In this document: positions 12,934 to 25,533 of the stretch, piece by piece
Layout: each line of letters begins with the position of its first letter
How positions within the stretch are numbered: the first letter of the stretch is position 1
Assembly (NCBI GenBank): GCA_951406725.2
Contig: OX597816.1
Coordinates: forward strand, 43,586,001-43,650,000
From: Octopus vulgaris
Lineage: Eukaryota
Length of the DNA stretch: 64,000 nt
Direction: 5' to 3'
Made by a program: the position numbers and the translations under genes
The notes under the pieces: model-generated
Databases searched by the model: none
Seen by the model: only the letters and a program-made list of their open reading frames with translations
What the model was told of the DNA's origin: nothing

Positions 12934-13125
12934 AAGGTGGCTAGCTGATTAAATCGTTAGCACTCCAGACAAAGTGCTTAGTGGCAATTCGTCCTTCTTT
13001 AGGTTTTGCCTTCAAATTCTGCCGAGATCGATAAAATAAGAATCAGTCGCGCACTGAAGTCTTCGTAATCGACTAGACTCCCTCTACCAAAATTTCAAGC
13101 CTTGTACCTATTGTAGAAGGAATTA
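12934..13125 (+). mobile_element. SINE family B, older variant
   Basis: aaggtggctagctg...ttcaaattctgccgag...cgataaaataag...aatcgact. Confidence 0.7.
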
Positions 13126-13897
13126 TATGTTCTCGCCTTCTTCTGCCAAATCTCCATAAAGATTGAACGTAGGAGATACTTGTCCGCGCAATAATCTTCA
13201 GAAGCAAAAAAAAAAAACAAACCCCAGAAGAGTAGATATACTGAATAGGATATTATATAAACAAAGTATGCATAATGAACCACTGTGCAATATTAGTTAC
13301 TTTTTGTAAGTGGCTGTTTTCCTTTCGCAAACCATAAAGAAGAGTCATTTGCAAAACCCCATCCAAAAGAAAGGTTTTACTGAGCTACAAGTAGAAAAAA
13401 AAGATTTTTTTTTTAAGATTGTAAACAACTAGACTAGCTTAACCTGGAAAACATAAAACCTTTAACTGGGCTTTAGGCCAATTTTCAGCATAGCAACTCA
13501 TCATTTCCTAAAAAATAAAAGATAAAAAAGTTTAAAATATTGAACTAGTATATGATAGCAGTTGATTCTTGTACCGGAATAATAATCTGCAATGATTAAG
13601 CAGCCAGGAATATTTATAAGAAGAATATATCCGTTTATATTTGAACAATCTTAGCCATCTTCTGATTGCTACTGGTTATTTTATAAGAAAAATATTACTT
13701 TAAAAGCTTTGTCATTCAACTTTTTTTTATTGTACGAAATAATATGCTGAGAGATTAATCCGAAAATCTACTTCAAATTAAAATTGACACGCCACCTCAG
13801 ACATAATGTCGATATCGTTTTCCGTTTCATACATTTTTTTCTTTGTATGTTTGCATTTATTTATCTATGTATCTTATCTGTTTTGCTTCCTTACGGC

Positions 13898-14018
<121 letters not shown>

Positions 14019-14903
14019 TATATCTGTTTGTCTATCTCTTGATCGTTTGATCGTACTCTTTCTTTTATTATGTATAGACTTTTTTTAAAATATTATATTT
14101 ATACTAATTAATACAGACTAATACCTCTCAACTCTTATCAATAAAATCTGCTACCTTAAACATATCCGAGTGTTATTGAAAGGCGACGATTATGAGTATC
14201 CAAAAATAAGAGATACTAATGATTCTCCTTGAGATAAATCTATTAATATTAATTAAAGCAAAATATATTTTGTTGAACCCAGCTAAAACCTCAGACGCGA
14301 AATATCACTTATTTCTTCTTATTTCCCCTATTATGAAAGGCTGCAATACTACAATCATCATTATATAGGCATCTGGTAGATACGATCATTAAATATTAAA
14401 GTGAGATAACAAATTTCATTCAACAGAAATTTCAATTGTGTCAGATGCACCTAGCTAATCATGACAGCTAATTAGGTACCTGAAAAATCAAATGATCATA
14501 TCCTGTCATTACTATTGCTGGGAATTTCAGTGGCTACTTAGCAGCTAAAGGAATAGTCCACCTAGTTAGCTATAATTAGGTACTATTGTACGTGGTATAG
14601 TTCACTGCTGCACACAGCCATTACACTAAAATTAACGAGTGATATGTAGTGCTGACTTTGGCACTAAGCCACAGATTTACAGACGCGGTTATTGTCATGC
14701 TTTACTTAATTAACATTAGTGTATTGTACTTATTATATCGATCTCAACACATGGCTAAATAGTTAGGGGTTTTCACTCAAAATTGTAAGGTCGTGCTTTC
14801 GATTCCCGGAGTAGGAGTTGCTTTGTGTTCTTGGGTGAAACACTTTGCTTCACGATTCTCTTCGGTCGCTTCTGCATCTGATACGTAGCACACTGTGCTG
14901 GAC

Positions 14904-15285
14904 TGGAAGCACTCCGTCGGTTACGACGACGAGGGTTCCGGTTGATCCGAATCAACGGAACAGCCTGCTCGTGAAATTAACGTGTAAGTGGCTGAGCACT
15001 CCACAGACACGTGTACCCTTAACGTAGTTCTCGGGGATATTCAGCGTGACACAGAGAGTGACAAGGCCGGCCCCTTGAAATACAGGTACAACAGAAACAG
15101 GAAGTAAGAGTGAGAGAAAGTTGTGGTGAAAGAGTACAGCAGGGATCAGCACCATCCCCTGCCGGAGCCTCGTGGAGCTTTAGGTGTTTTCGCTCAATAA
15201 ACACTCACAACGCCCGGTCTGGGAATCGAAACCGCGATCCTATGACCGCGAGTCCGCTGCCCTAACCACTGGGCCATTGCGCCTC
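14904..15285 (-). mobile_element. tRNA-derived SINE family C (tail type 2), well conserved
   Basis: Reverse: gaggcgcaatggcccagtggttagggcagcggactcgcgg...ggtttcgattccc; tail ...gttgattcggatcaaccggaaccctcgtcgtcgtaaccgacggagtgcttcca; acactgtgc occurs on both flanks. Confidence 0.9.
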
Positions 15286-15531
15286 TACACTGTGCACCAG
15301 TAAAGGCAATGACGATTTGATAGTGTATATGCGTTAATGTGCAGCACGAACATTTGATCAAAAAAAAAAGAAAGAAAAAAAAATCACTTTTCTGGTTATT
15401 CAACGAGAAACTGTGCAGCACTCATCTGTCGTTCACAATAGGAAAAGCCACAAATAAGACAAAAGAAAAAAGTAAAGAAAATATCGATCTCTGGCGTATT
15501 ACTTTTGGCAGAAATGGAATTCAGATTTTAA

Positions 15532-15751
15532 CATTTAGCATTTAAACGGTCCATATCTGGCCCAAATTATTCTACATTGATTTATGTTCAAAGTAGCCAG
15601 ACCTGGCCTCTCATACTTACCACACAATATTATTCTCGAAATAAACAATCACACCACCGAAATATCGGTGCTATTAGATAATGTATTATTAATTCAAAAT
15701 TATGTCAATGAATAGAATTACATTTGACCGAGTTATCTGAATGCGAAAGGG
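15532..15751. mobile_element. piggyBac-like MITE (TTAA-type)
   Basis: ttaa-catttagcatt ... aatgcgaaaggg-ataa: degenerate TIRs of CCCTTTAGCATT type with TTAA/ATAA flanks. Confidence 0.55.
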
Positions 15752-16119
15752 ATAACGAAATAAAAACATTGCAACACTTTTACTCTGTTTCTTTGCCGTT
15801 TCTGTCTTTTCACCACACTGTTAGAGCTAAACATTAAAGAGTAACAAAGACAAAATATTGTCTCTAATAAATGGTTGACTATTAGAAAGTTAAGAACATT
15901 AATTACGCCAACAGGACCAGCCCAAGAACGCATCTACAATGTTCAAACAAATGAAAGAATTGTGTGCGATAAATGAAACCCCTCTATATAAATTTAATAA
16001 AGGACTAAAAAATTATCGCTGTTCGTTACGATAATTGTAAAAATTATGCTAAAGAATAATCCCTTTTGTGTAATTATTTGAAAGACATATCAAAAATAAA
16101 ACTTGATACTTATAGGCTC

Positions 16120-16700
16120 AAGGCCTTAAATTTGGTTGTCAATTTCATCGACTTAAGCACGTGACTGTTACTTATTTTATTGATCCCAAAGGGACAAAAG
16201 CCAAAGTCGACCTCAGCGGTATTTGAACAGAGGGCGTAAAGATGGGCGAAATGCTACTAAGAATTTTGTCCGTCGTGGTGACGATTCAGCCAGCTCGCTG
16301 CCTTGATATATGGCTTTAGATTTTGGCACAAGGCCAGCACTTTTGAGGGTTGGGGCAATTCGATTACATTGATCCCAGTATTTGAGTGGTACTTTACTTT
16401 ATTGAACCCGAAAAAAACCAAAGGCAAAGTCGACCGCGATGGTATTTGAACTCGGAGCGTAAAGCGTAGAAAGAAATCCTATCAAGCATTTTCTCCAGCT
16501 TTCTAACGATTCTGCCGGCTCCCCGCCTAAATAAATATCCTACCTAGGTACAAGGTTTTATATTTTGTTGGAGGAAGTTAGACGAGTACATCGACCCCAG
16601 CTCTCATCTGGTACTTATTTCATATGAAAGGCAAAGTCGATCCCGGCAGATTCGGAACTCAGAACAGACGAAATGCCGCTACGCACTTCGTCTGGCATGC
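16120..16700 (-). mobile_element. Three head-to-tail diverged SINE family B copies
   Basis: Units ~16120-16305, 16320-16530, 16545-16700, each with tacttattt...aaagtcga...gaactc...gaaatgc. Confidence 0.8.
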
Positions 16701-17845
16701 CACTTGCTTTAGTATATATTAGGAATAATGTCATTGGTGTGTGCATGTATTCACAAGAGAAGGGATTCTCGTGAATTAAATATCAATATTCTCTGTTCTA
16801 ACTATGCTTCTTTATAAGACTGAAATTGCAGGAGCAATATTGGAAATATATTTGACCTCAATACATGCCTAGTACGTGACAAAAGTTAACGAGTGAGAGC
16901 GTAGAGGTGGCGTAATTAATATCACAAGACATTAAGACCACCACTCAGCCGTTTGTGGAAGTCCAGCACTTTCACTATTTCAATATTTATTCCTTACTTT
17001 GGTAATGACACTAATTTATAGGGAAGGAGTTCGGTCGATTGAATCGATACCGGTATATGACTTGAATTTATTTTATTGATCCCAGAGAGATAAAAGGCGA
17101 ATTTTAGCCTGATGGGATTTAAAATCTGAAAGTAGAGTAATTGATAGACATTAGTGAGTTACCGTTTCTGCTATTCAATTATATTGTATTATTCAAATAA
17201 TCAATCATACCAGAAATATATTGTTCGAGCATCCTTCTGTCGACAGTCAGCCAACGTTGTTATATTTCTGGGAAAAAAAGATGGAATAATCTAACGGATG
17301 GAACATACAACATTCCATCTGATAGTGCATGACTTGTGTGCAGTAGGTATGAATTTCAGTAGCAGCCCTCCATGTGATAAATGCCATTAGATCCTAATAT
17401 TTGGAATTATTGTGATCAGCAGGTAATGGATGAATATTGGCTGCGGGATTCCAACTCTTTACTATTCTTCTAGGTCAGAAGTATGACAAGAAGAACTAAG
17501 TCATCATTTAATTGTTTATCTAATCAATAAAGCTGTTCATTAATTTGTCACTCTAATACGGTCTATTGGTAAACAAGAGGGTTCTAGGAAAATATCTTTG
17601 ACGTTTCACTCCTCGCGTATACTCTCTCCCACCTCTCTGTCTTTGTTATCTATCTGTCTGTCTTTTTTCTCTCATTCTCTATTTCTTTTCCTCTCCCTCC
17701 CTCCCTCCCTCCCTCCCCCCCTCTCTCTCATTCTGAACATTTCTCTAAATTACCTATACAAAATCTGAGATCCAAATAACAGTGGTATCTCTACACATAC
17801 TTGTACAAACTCAAACATGTACATTTAGATGTTAATATAATATGC

Positions 17846-17883
<38 letters not shown>

Positions 17884-18411
17884 GTTTAAAACAGTATCAG
17901 AAAGCGCTGATCTGGAAGTCCAAATATCATAGTGACACAAATTCTTGTAAATATTTTAATTGCTTGAATTAGTAGGTAAGCAATGAAAACACAGTGACAT
18001 TTTGATAACATGTTTGTAATCTTAACTGAAATAATAATAGACGTCAGTGACTTTGAAATCCTATAGCTGCATTTCTCTGAATCATTCTGCAGTATTTTTA
18101 TTACCATGAATTCTAGGAGGTTGGGCTTAAAGCAACGTAAGTCTGACAAGTAACACACACACACACACATATATGTATATATACATATATTGTGTGCGTG
18201 TATGTGTTCATGTGTTATTTTCTCCAGCATCTGGTAATATAAACGTGTTTGTTCTTTTCAAGGCAAGTTAGATTTACATTTTACCCTATACAAGATTGAT
18301 TTTGTTCTTTTTATTTAGCCTCCGTGTACCCCCCAATGCGCCCCCTTACCGAGCAGATTTATGACGAAATGTATTCAAACTGTGATGGTTCCGTCACCCT
18401 TTCTCTTGTAG

Positions 18412-18549
18412 CCATAGCTATTTGGTAAGAAGTTTGCTTCTCAGTCACATTGTGCTTGGTTCAGTCCCACTGTGTTGCTTCTACTATAGTCCTGTGCCTA
18501 CCGAAGCCTTGTGAGTGCATTTGGTTGACGTAAACTGAAAAAATCTCGT

Positions 18550-18580
<31 letters not shown>

Positions 18581-18790
18581 ATCTCTGTGTTTGTTTTCAC
18601 ACCACCACTTGGCAACCGGTATAGGTTTGTTTACGTCCTGTAACCACGTGGTTCCGGAATGAGATATCGATACAATAAGTACTAGACTTTAAGAAGTGTA
18701 CTGGTTTGGATTTTTTCGACTAAACTTTTTCAAGGCGGTTCCACAGCATGGCTGCAGTCCAATGACTGAAGCAAGTACAAAATAAAGTAC
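18412..18790 (+). mobile_element. SINE family A (diverged)
   Basis: tggtaagaagtttgcttc...ggttcagtcccactg...(TG)n...gcatggctgcagtccaatgactgaagcaagta. Confidence 0.8.
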
Positions 18791-19785
18791 AAAATAATAA
18801 AAAAGAGAAGACATTTTTTACTTACGGTATTAAACGTCGTGATGCTTGGTAAGGTTTTAGCTGCTATACCCTGCAGGTCAAACGTTTGGCCGTAGGTGAC
18901 TCTGCATGCAATTAAGAAAGAGGAGTTCTTAGGAGGATTTTGAAAATCACGAGATCTACTTTCTTAAACATAGGATAGGATTCATTCTGAGTTGATTTTT
19001 ATGCTATTTATTCAATGCACCTAAACTTTAGTATTCAAAATATCCTGTGCTATTAAATTATCTGTTGCAGTAAAACTCACGACAAATTGCTGTTGAAAAC
19101 TCGCACAATTAAGTGACATACTAAGCGCTTTAGTATAATTCTCTCCGTTCTATATTTTATCACTTATTCCTTCCTACATTTCATAAAATAAATAACGTTA
19201 ATACACTGCCGCAAAATCTCTCACTTTTAATCTTTTCTGTTAAGACACTCCCGATGTCTATCTATTCAAAACAAGCTATGACGTAGCTTCTTCAGTTTGC
19301 TTAGGATCCAGAATTAATGTTTGGTCAATCTAGCTCACGATCACTATATCGTTGTAAACATTTAAATTAAAATACATCCTTCGTCGAAGCATGATCGAAA
19401 GCAGGATCCCGCTTTTTCTTCATAGACTATGCAGTCATCGTGTTTATGTAAGACAAATATATTTTATTAAATTTCCATGAAGTATATCAATTTGGGTTAA
19501 GTGAAAAGTCAACATCAATCATCGTTAACACTTTATATATATATATATTGTGCGGTAGCTTGTAGATATAACAGGGCGGCAGACACAATGCTTTATCACA
19601 TTAAATCATGCCATCTAAATTCTTCAATTAAATCCGCGAGTATTGATATAGAGGGGAAAATGACAGCCTATAAAGCATTGGGAGTAATTGCTCATAGATC
19701 ATGAAATCCCATAAAGTACAGACGTTCAGCAATGATTTTGAGTATTACACTTTATTCTACGTCGCCTCAGTTCACTGGACTCTGT

Positions 19786-20085
19786 GGAGGCACATGGCCT
19801 AGTGGTTAGAGCAGTGAACTTGCGGTCGAGTGATCGCGGGTTCGAATCTCAGACTGGGCGATGTGTGTGTTTATGAGCGAAATACCTAAGCTCCACGCGG
19901 CCCCGGCAGAAGGTAATGGCGAACTTCTGCTGACTCTTTCGACACAACTTTCTCTCACTCTTTCCTCCTGCATCTTGTAGCTCACCTGCGACGGACCGGC
20001 GTCCCGTCCAGGTGGGGAACTTATACGCCAAGGAGACCGGGAAACCGGTCCTTATGAGCCAGGCATGACTCGAGAAGGAACAAAC
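19786..20085 (+). mobile_element. tRNA-derived SINE family C (tail type 3, V-SINE-like)
   Basis: ggaggcacatggcctagtggttagagc...gggttcgaatctc; C body acctaagctccacg...caactttctctcactc; tail cctgcgacggaccggcgtcccgtccagg...gggaaaccgg. Confidence 0.85.
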
Positions 20086-20698
20086 TGGGCTATTACAATT
20101 ATCTGGAAAGATTATCTGTGATATTTCGGTGTCCTTTCCAGACTGAAACATATTTCTCATCAGCTTCTGGAATGGATATGGAGTTGAGATTTTAAATCTC
20201 AAGAGCTTTCTTAGTTCTGTACACCTCTTACTACTAAAGTCTTTACCGTTGTAGATCAGTTGTCTAGTTGTGAGTTCAGATCTCACTTGGGCTGAATTGA
20301 TTAAAAAAAAAAAATACTCATAATAACATCACCAACTGTTTCTATTTAAACGAACGTCTCTATGAAGTTATTACGAGTATTATTAAAATCGCTATCAATG
20401 TATCATAATGTATATTCATTGTTAACAGGAAATTAATGCGAGACAGTCTCTAGTGGATATGCAGAGGTTATTTTTGATTTATTTAGTTGCATACGATGAA
20501 CATATTTTCTGCTCGATGGTTATTCGCAGCATCAGTGATTGCACAATTAAGAATTTCATATATTGGAGGCGATAAATCTTGTAAGACATATGCCAGCGAG
20601 TATGCACCGTTGAGAAAGCCCAGCAAGGCCGAAATGCGTTTGGTGTTCTTTCGCTAATCGCTGCTGGACCGATTTTTAAAATCTCTTTTTGTTACATG

Positions 20699-20730
<32 letters not shown>

Positions 20731-21129
20731 CTAGCAGTATCGCCCGGCGTTGCTCGGGTTTGTAAGGGAAATAACTATATAAGCATTTTTAGAGATGTAA
20801 AGTATAATAGCCATCTCAATATGGCTAACCACAAAGGGGGGGGGTTACTGTAGCTTTTTACGTTATGAGATTTAATAATACATTTTTAAAGAGTTCCTTT
20901 CCTTATATAATAGCAAAAAAAAAAATGCATTAAAATGGAAAAAAATGATGGTAAATTATTTTTAAAATCGTAGACTCATCGTAGACACGCGCTAATACCT
21001 AGAAGGGCTCGATATGAATCACGACTATAAGATACCCGGTTTTGGTTAAACTGCACCGCAAAATGTGGGACTAGTTAGGAATCTAAATCGTAGGAGATAA
21101 ACACACAACTTCACTTTTATATATAAAGA
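20731..21129 (-). mobile_element. Non-autonomous Helitron, same 3' end as 3540 element but different 5'/internal sequence
   Basis: ctagcagtatcgcccggcgttgctcgggtttgtaagggaaataac shared; minus strand starts TC (tctttatatataaaagtg). Confidence 0.8.
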
Positions 21130-21188
21130 TATAACCCCCGTGCCGTCAAAAATGATGGCTAATTGTAGTATTTTATATATAAAGTAGA
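21130..21188 (-). mobile_element. Mini-Helitron copy 2 lacking its own CTAG, fused to the 20731 Helitron
   Basis: Reverse: tctactttatatataaaatactacaattagccatcatttttgacggcacgggggttata, matches 3521-3539+3925-3960. Confidence 0.7.
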
Positions 21189-21855
21189 AAACCAAGATTT
21201 TGTTTTAATAGTTCCTTTATTACAATTTTTTTGTGAAAAATCTATCGGCAACTAACATCCTTTACCTGCTTGTTTCCTTCAAAAGAATTTTAAAGTTTTC
21301 CTTTCTTCTTGTTCGACTTAAGGCCATATAGAGCTGGCTATGACTAAATACGGTAGCTGGCAAGTAAATACCAAATACACAGAGTTGAAACGATGCTTGA
21401 TTTTTATTCTCAGCGGTGAATGTTAATCACCCCATTTCCATTGAGAGCGCACGCAATCACACGCACAGAAACACATACACATGCATGCACATACACATAA
21501 CCCTCTTTTACATACACACACATATATTCACGCAGAGTTGAAATGCTGTTTGATTTCTTTTTCAGCGTACAATTTTCATCATCCCACTATCAAGTATGAC
21601 ATCGCCCCTTCCTTCCTTATTCATCTATCACCCTTTCCTTTCTCATTTATAAACACAAGAGTATTATTATCGCAGATTATCTCGGTAACAATGGGAGCTG
21701 TGAAAAATACAAAGCCCAGCAACACCACCGGATCATTCTACACACCCGTGTAATTTTTCGCGCAATTCCACCCAGCCGTTTGACCATGAATTCCAAGACA
21801 AGAAAATATACAAGAAAGAATCGCTCATGTCAAATTTATATGTATATGACTATGA

Positions 21856-21859
<4 letters not shown>

Positions 21860-21917
<58 letters not shown>
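21860..21917. repeat. (TA)n microsatellite
   Basis: Direct reading. Confidence 0.95.
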
Positions 21918-22167
21918 GTTGTATTTTTAACTATACCACATCCATGTGAGATGTTTTATCGTGAATGAAATTCGCAGTAACGTGCCTTTCGGCAGTGCTT
22001 CTACATTCAGTATGATACATATACTGCTAATTTAATTTAATATTGCTTCATTTGCATACATCGAACAATTGTTATTAGTATTTATATCATGCGTTGCTCT
22101 TTTTCTTTCTTTCTTTGTCTCTTTCTTTTGTGAAGTATTTAATTTTTTTCTTTTAATTTAATTACAG

Positions 22168-22251
22168 AAACGCAATTTTTGACCATTGGATACCTTGAAA
22201 AATTAGAAGTGTAAAAGTTCCTACCCTGCGATTATTGAAGATGGATTTTAG
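22168..22251 (+). other. Candidate 84-nt spliced exon (5' UTR plus ATG at 22241, M-D-F-...)
   Basis: Pyrimidine-rich acceptor ...ttttaatttaattacAG, donor AG|GTATGT; all three frames have stops upstream; aagATGG Kozak-like context. Confidence 0.4.
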
Positions 22252-22289
22252 GTATGTCAGATTCATTATTTACATATCAACAGGTCAGC

Positions 22290-22700
22290 AGTTTTGAGGG
22301 GAAGTGGTTATTCGATGCCATCAACACCTGCCCTTAACCAATACTATATTTTATCGATTCTTGAGGAATTGAAGTATTGTTAACCTCTGCAAGATTTAAA
22401 CTCAAAATTTTAAGATTTGTTTGAAATACTGCCGTTTAATTCTCTCATGCTCTTACGATTCTGCCAGTTCGCTATCATAAAAATGATAAGGTTTTAAAAT
22501 TTTGCATAAGTCTAGCAAATTTAGGGGAAGTGGGGGAAGTCGATTGCTTCGCTTCCAATGTTCAACTTGTACTTATTTTATCAACCTTGAAAGTATAGTA
22601 GCCAACGTTAAACGTTGGCGGGATTTGATCTAATTTATAAAGATCCGAGAGAGATGCTGCTAAGCACCCCACCACCGACTCTATAACAATTCTGCCAGCT
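22290..22700 (-). mobile_element. Two old head-to-tail SINE family B copies
   Basis: gggggaagtcgattg...gtacttattttatc...attctgccagctc motifs twice. Confidence 0.65.
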
Positions 22701-23557
22701 CAATAATGGTAATAATAATTATATAAATTTCTGTTTAACTGTCGTTGAGGACCGTACTAAGACGAAGTGTATAAGAAAACAACAAATGTATAGAAATGCA
22801 CAGGGTATCTATAAAACCACTACACGTTTTATAAATAGTAAGAGTGTCGGATCAATAGCAGCAATAAGGATATATTAATAAATAGGTAAATAATAAATGG
22901 CAATAATAGTACAAGACAAACAAGAACCAGAGCAAGATCGCCAAAATGGGTTCTTAATCACGTAGCGTGAATCGGGGCATCTCACACGCAAACCTGATTT
23001 TTTTTCTGATATATGAAATCCATTATCTTTGAGTTCTAGATAGCAGCCTAAATTCTCACCGTTAATTTGGGCTAATTTAACGACATCAGTGTTACGACTC
23101 TCATCAGTACGACATTACTTCATAATTCACTGCATTGTCGTTCTTACCCTCTCTGTTTTTTTTCTTCTCTCTCTCTCATCTCAATTTTCTTCTCGAATGA
23201 TAGATAGTTAAAGAAGTTGAGGGTTAGTCTAAAAAGGAAAAGCTGTAAATCCTCAGACATTTCAACTACTTCTACCGCCATAACCACCGAGCAAAGATGA
23301 TAAACGTAGGCGTTTCTATGATCCTAATGATGCAGTTGATTGATTGACAGCCGAATCTATCGTGCACGTGATAATAGCTACACTAGCATTAGAGTGATAA
23401 AAAGTGATTACGATGATGAGGGGAAAGAGGAGAAGGAGGGGCGGGGAGGTTTCTATATTTTGAATGAAATTTAAATCGTTTTGACAACAATAATTGCCTA
23501 TTATATCATCGATCCGGCATGCGGATGATACGCTCATAACATGAATGTACCGTTTAC

Positions 23558-23962
23558 TGCAGGAGTGGCTGTGTGGTAAGTACTTTGCTTACCAACCACA
23601 TGGTTCCGGGTTCAGTCCCACTGCGTGGCATCTTGGGCAAGTGTCTTCTGCTATAGCCTCGGGCCGACCAATGCCTTGTGAGTGGATTTGGTAGACGGAA
23701 ACTGAAAGAAGCCCGTCGTATATATGTATATATATATATATATATAGACATGTATGTTTGTGTGTCTGTGTTTGTCCCCCCCCCCAACATCGCTTGACAA
23801 CCGATGCTGGTGTGTTTACGTCCCCGTCACTTAGCGGTTCGGCAAAAAGAGACCGATAGAATAAGTACTGGGCTTACAAAGAATAAGTCCCGGGGTCGAT
23901 TTGCTCGACTAAAGGTGGTGCTCTAGCATGGCCGCAGTCAAATGACTGAAACAAGTAAAAGA
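23558..23962 (+). mobile_element. SINE family A, full length, young
   Basis: Near-consensus head, internal (TA)n, 3' half ending gactgaaacaagtaaaaga. Confidence 0.92.
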
Positions 23963-24214
23963 ATGTGTTTTGGCTATTTACATTTTGAGTTCAAACCCGA
24001 CGAAGTGAATTTTGCCTTTCCTTTCTCTTCGTTCGATGAAATGAAATAGCAGTCACATATTAAGTCCTTCTGATCGGCTACCTTTCAAATTACTGGACTT
24101 GTCTCTATATTAGAATATTTGTTGCAAACAAACCGGTTATTGTTTATTTAACACCTCTACTCTATTAATAGTTTGTGGCTCAAAACGATATATTATCTTG
24201 CTGTATTTGATTAC

Positions 24215-24446
24215 GGCGAGCTGGCAGAATCGTTAGCACACCGGGCGAAATGCTTAGCGTTACGTCTGCCGATACGTACTGAGTTCAAATTTCGCCGAGG
24301 TCGACTTTGCCTTACATTCTCTCGGGGGTCGATTAAATAAGTACCAGTTACGCACTGGGGTCGATATAATCGACTTAATCCGTTTGTCTGTCCTTGTTTG
24401 TCCTCTCTGTGTTTAGCCCCTTGTGGGTAGTAAAGAAATAGGTATT
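24215..24446 (+). mobile_element. SINE family B, full length (Meta-SINE-like core)
   Basis: ggcgagctggcagaatcgttagc...gagttcaaattt...ggggtcgattaaataagtaccag...tttagccccttgtgggtagtaaagaaatagg; flanks gtatttgattac / gtatttgtttac form a probable TSD. Confidence 0.9.
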
Positions 24447-25006
24447 TGTTTACGTTCTTATAATGTTTTGAATCCAAATTGCAGAACGGATGACATTATA
24501 ATTCGCGCAAACATCCAATGAGCACCAATGATATGCCAAGATCAATTGAAATGACTATCTCTGTGTGCAACAGTCGGTTATATACAATCGGTTGAGTGTC
24601 GGGCCAAATTCCATGTGGTATACACAGTTATGTTGTTTGACGGGCAACGTTCCAATTTAGCCAATGCTATTTTATCTTTCTTGAGGCCCCCATAAGTAAA
24701 TTTCAGTTAAGTACTACCACAAATATCTGATCTTGTGCTCAGATTAGAAATCATTCAGAATCGTTAGACCGCTGAACAAAATGCCTTGCTGTATTCGTTC
24801 CGGTACTTTATGAATGCGAATCCTGCTGAGATCAGCTTTGCTTTTCAGCTTTGAAGCGACGACCAACTGTCGACAGGGCTCAACTTAATTAATTAACACT
24901 TCCTCTCAGCTTCTGGCCTGGTAATTACGTTTCAAATCATCACCGTCATTATCGCCGTAATCATCATCATCATAATCACAATCATCATCATCATCATCAT
25001 ATGTAT

Positions 25007-25051
<45 letters not shown>

Positions 25052-25533
25052 TGAATGAATGCATATGTATACATGTATGATATATACATATGTTTGTCAT
25101 GATATTGGATTCTGTATATTTTATATAAACATATACTGGTTCGGGCAACAAGTAATCAAATTCGTGTGTGCAAATTAAAACATTATTTCGTGCCTTCATC
25201 CTTACACTTCTTCAGACCATCATGATCATTGACGTAGATAGACACATTCATAATTATATCTTCATTCTAACTATTCTGAAATGGCAATAGAATTTTTAAT
25301 ATAAAAAAAATGTATTTAAGCATTTTAGGAACATCGATAATTAATATGAGGGATACATTTATATTACACTAATACAAACTAAAACAAAAAAACTGTTTGA
25401 AAGTATTAATTCCGTGACTAAATTCCAATTCGAGCATATGTACATATGTATTTAACACATGTGATGATAAATAGAAGCTTTAAAGTTAGTACCGTTTTGT
25501 TTTACTAAAAGAATATAAATAAAAATATAAATA

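Noticed and set aside
14448-14585. Twice-occurring cacctag...aattaggtac quasi-palindrome
   Set aside because: Short and imperfect; no element boundaries or further copies seen
15215-15285. tRNA gene (also heads at 19786, 60398, 62336)
   Set aside because: A/B boxes present but they continue into SINE bodies and I could not fold a full cloverleaf; treated as SINE heads
16120-16700. Regularly spaced repeats suggesting a CRISPR-like array
   Set aside because: Units are ~200-bp diverged SINE B copies with no unique spacers and no cas genes; eukaryotic context
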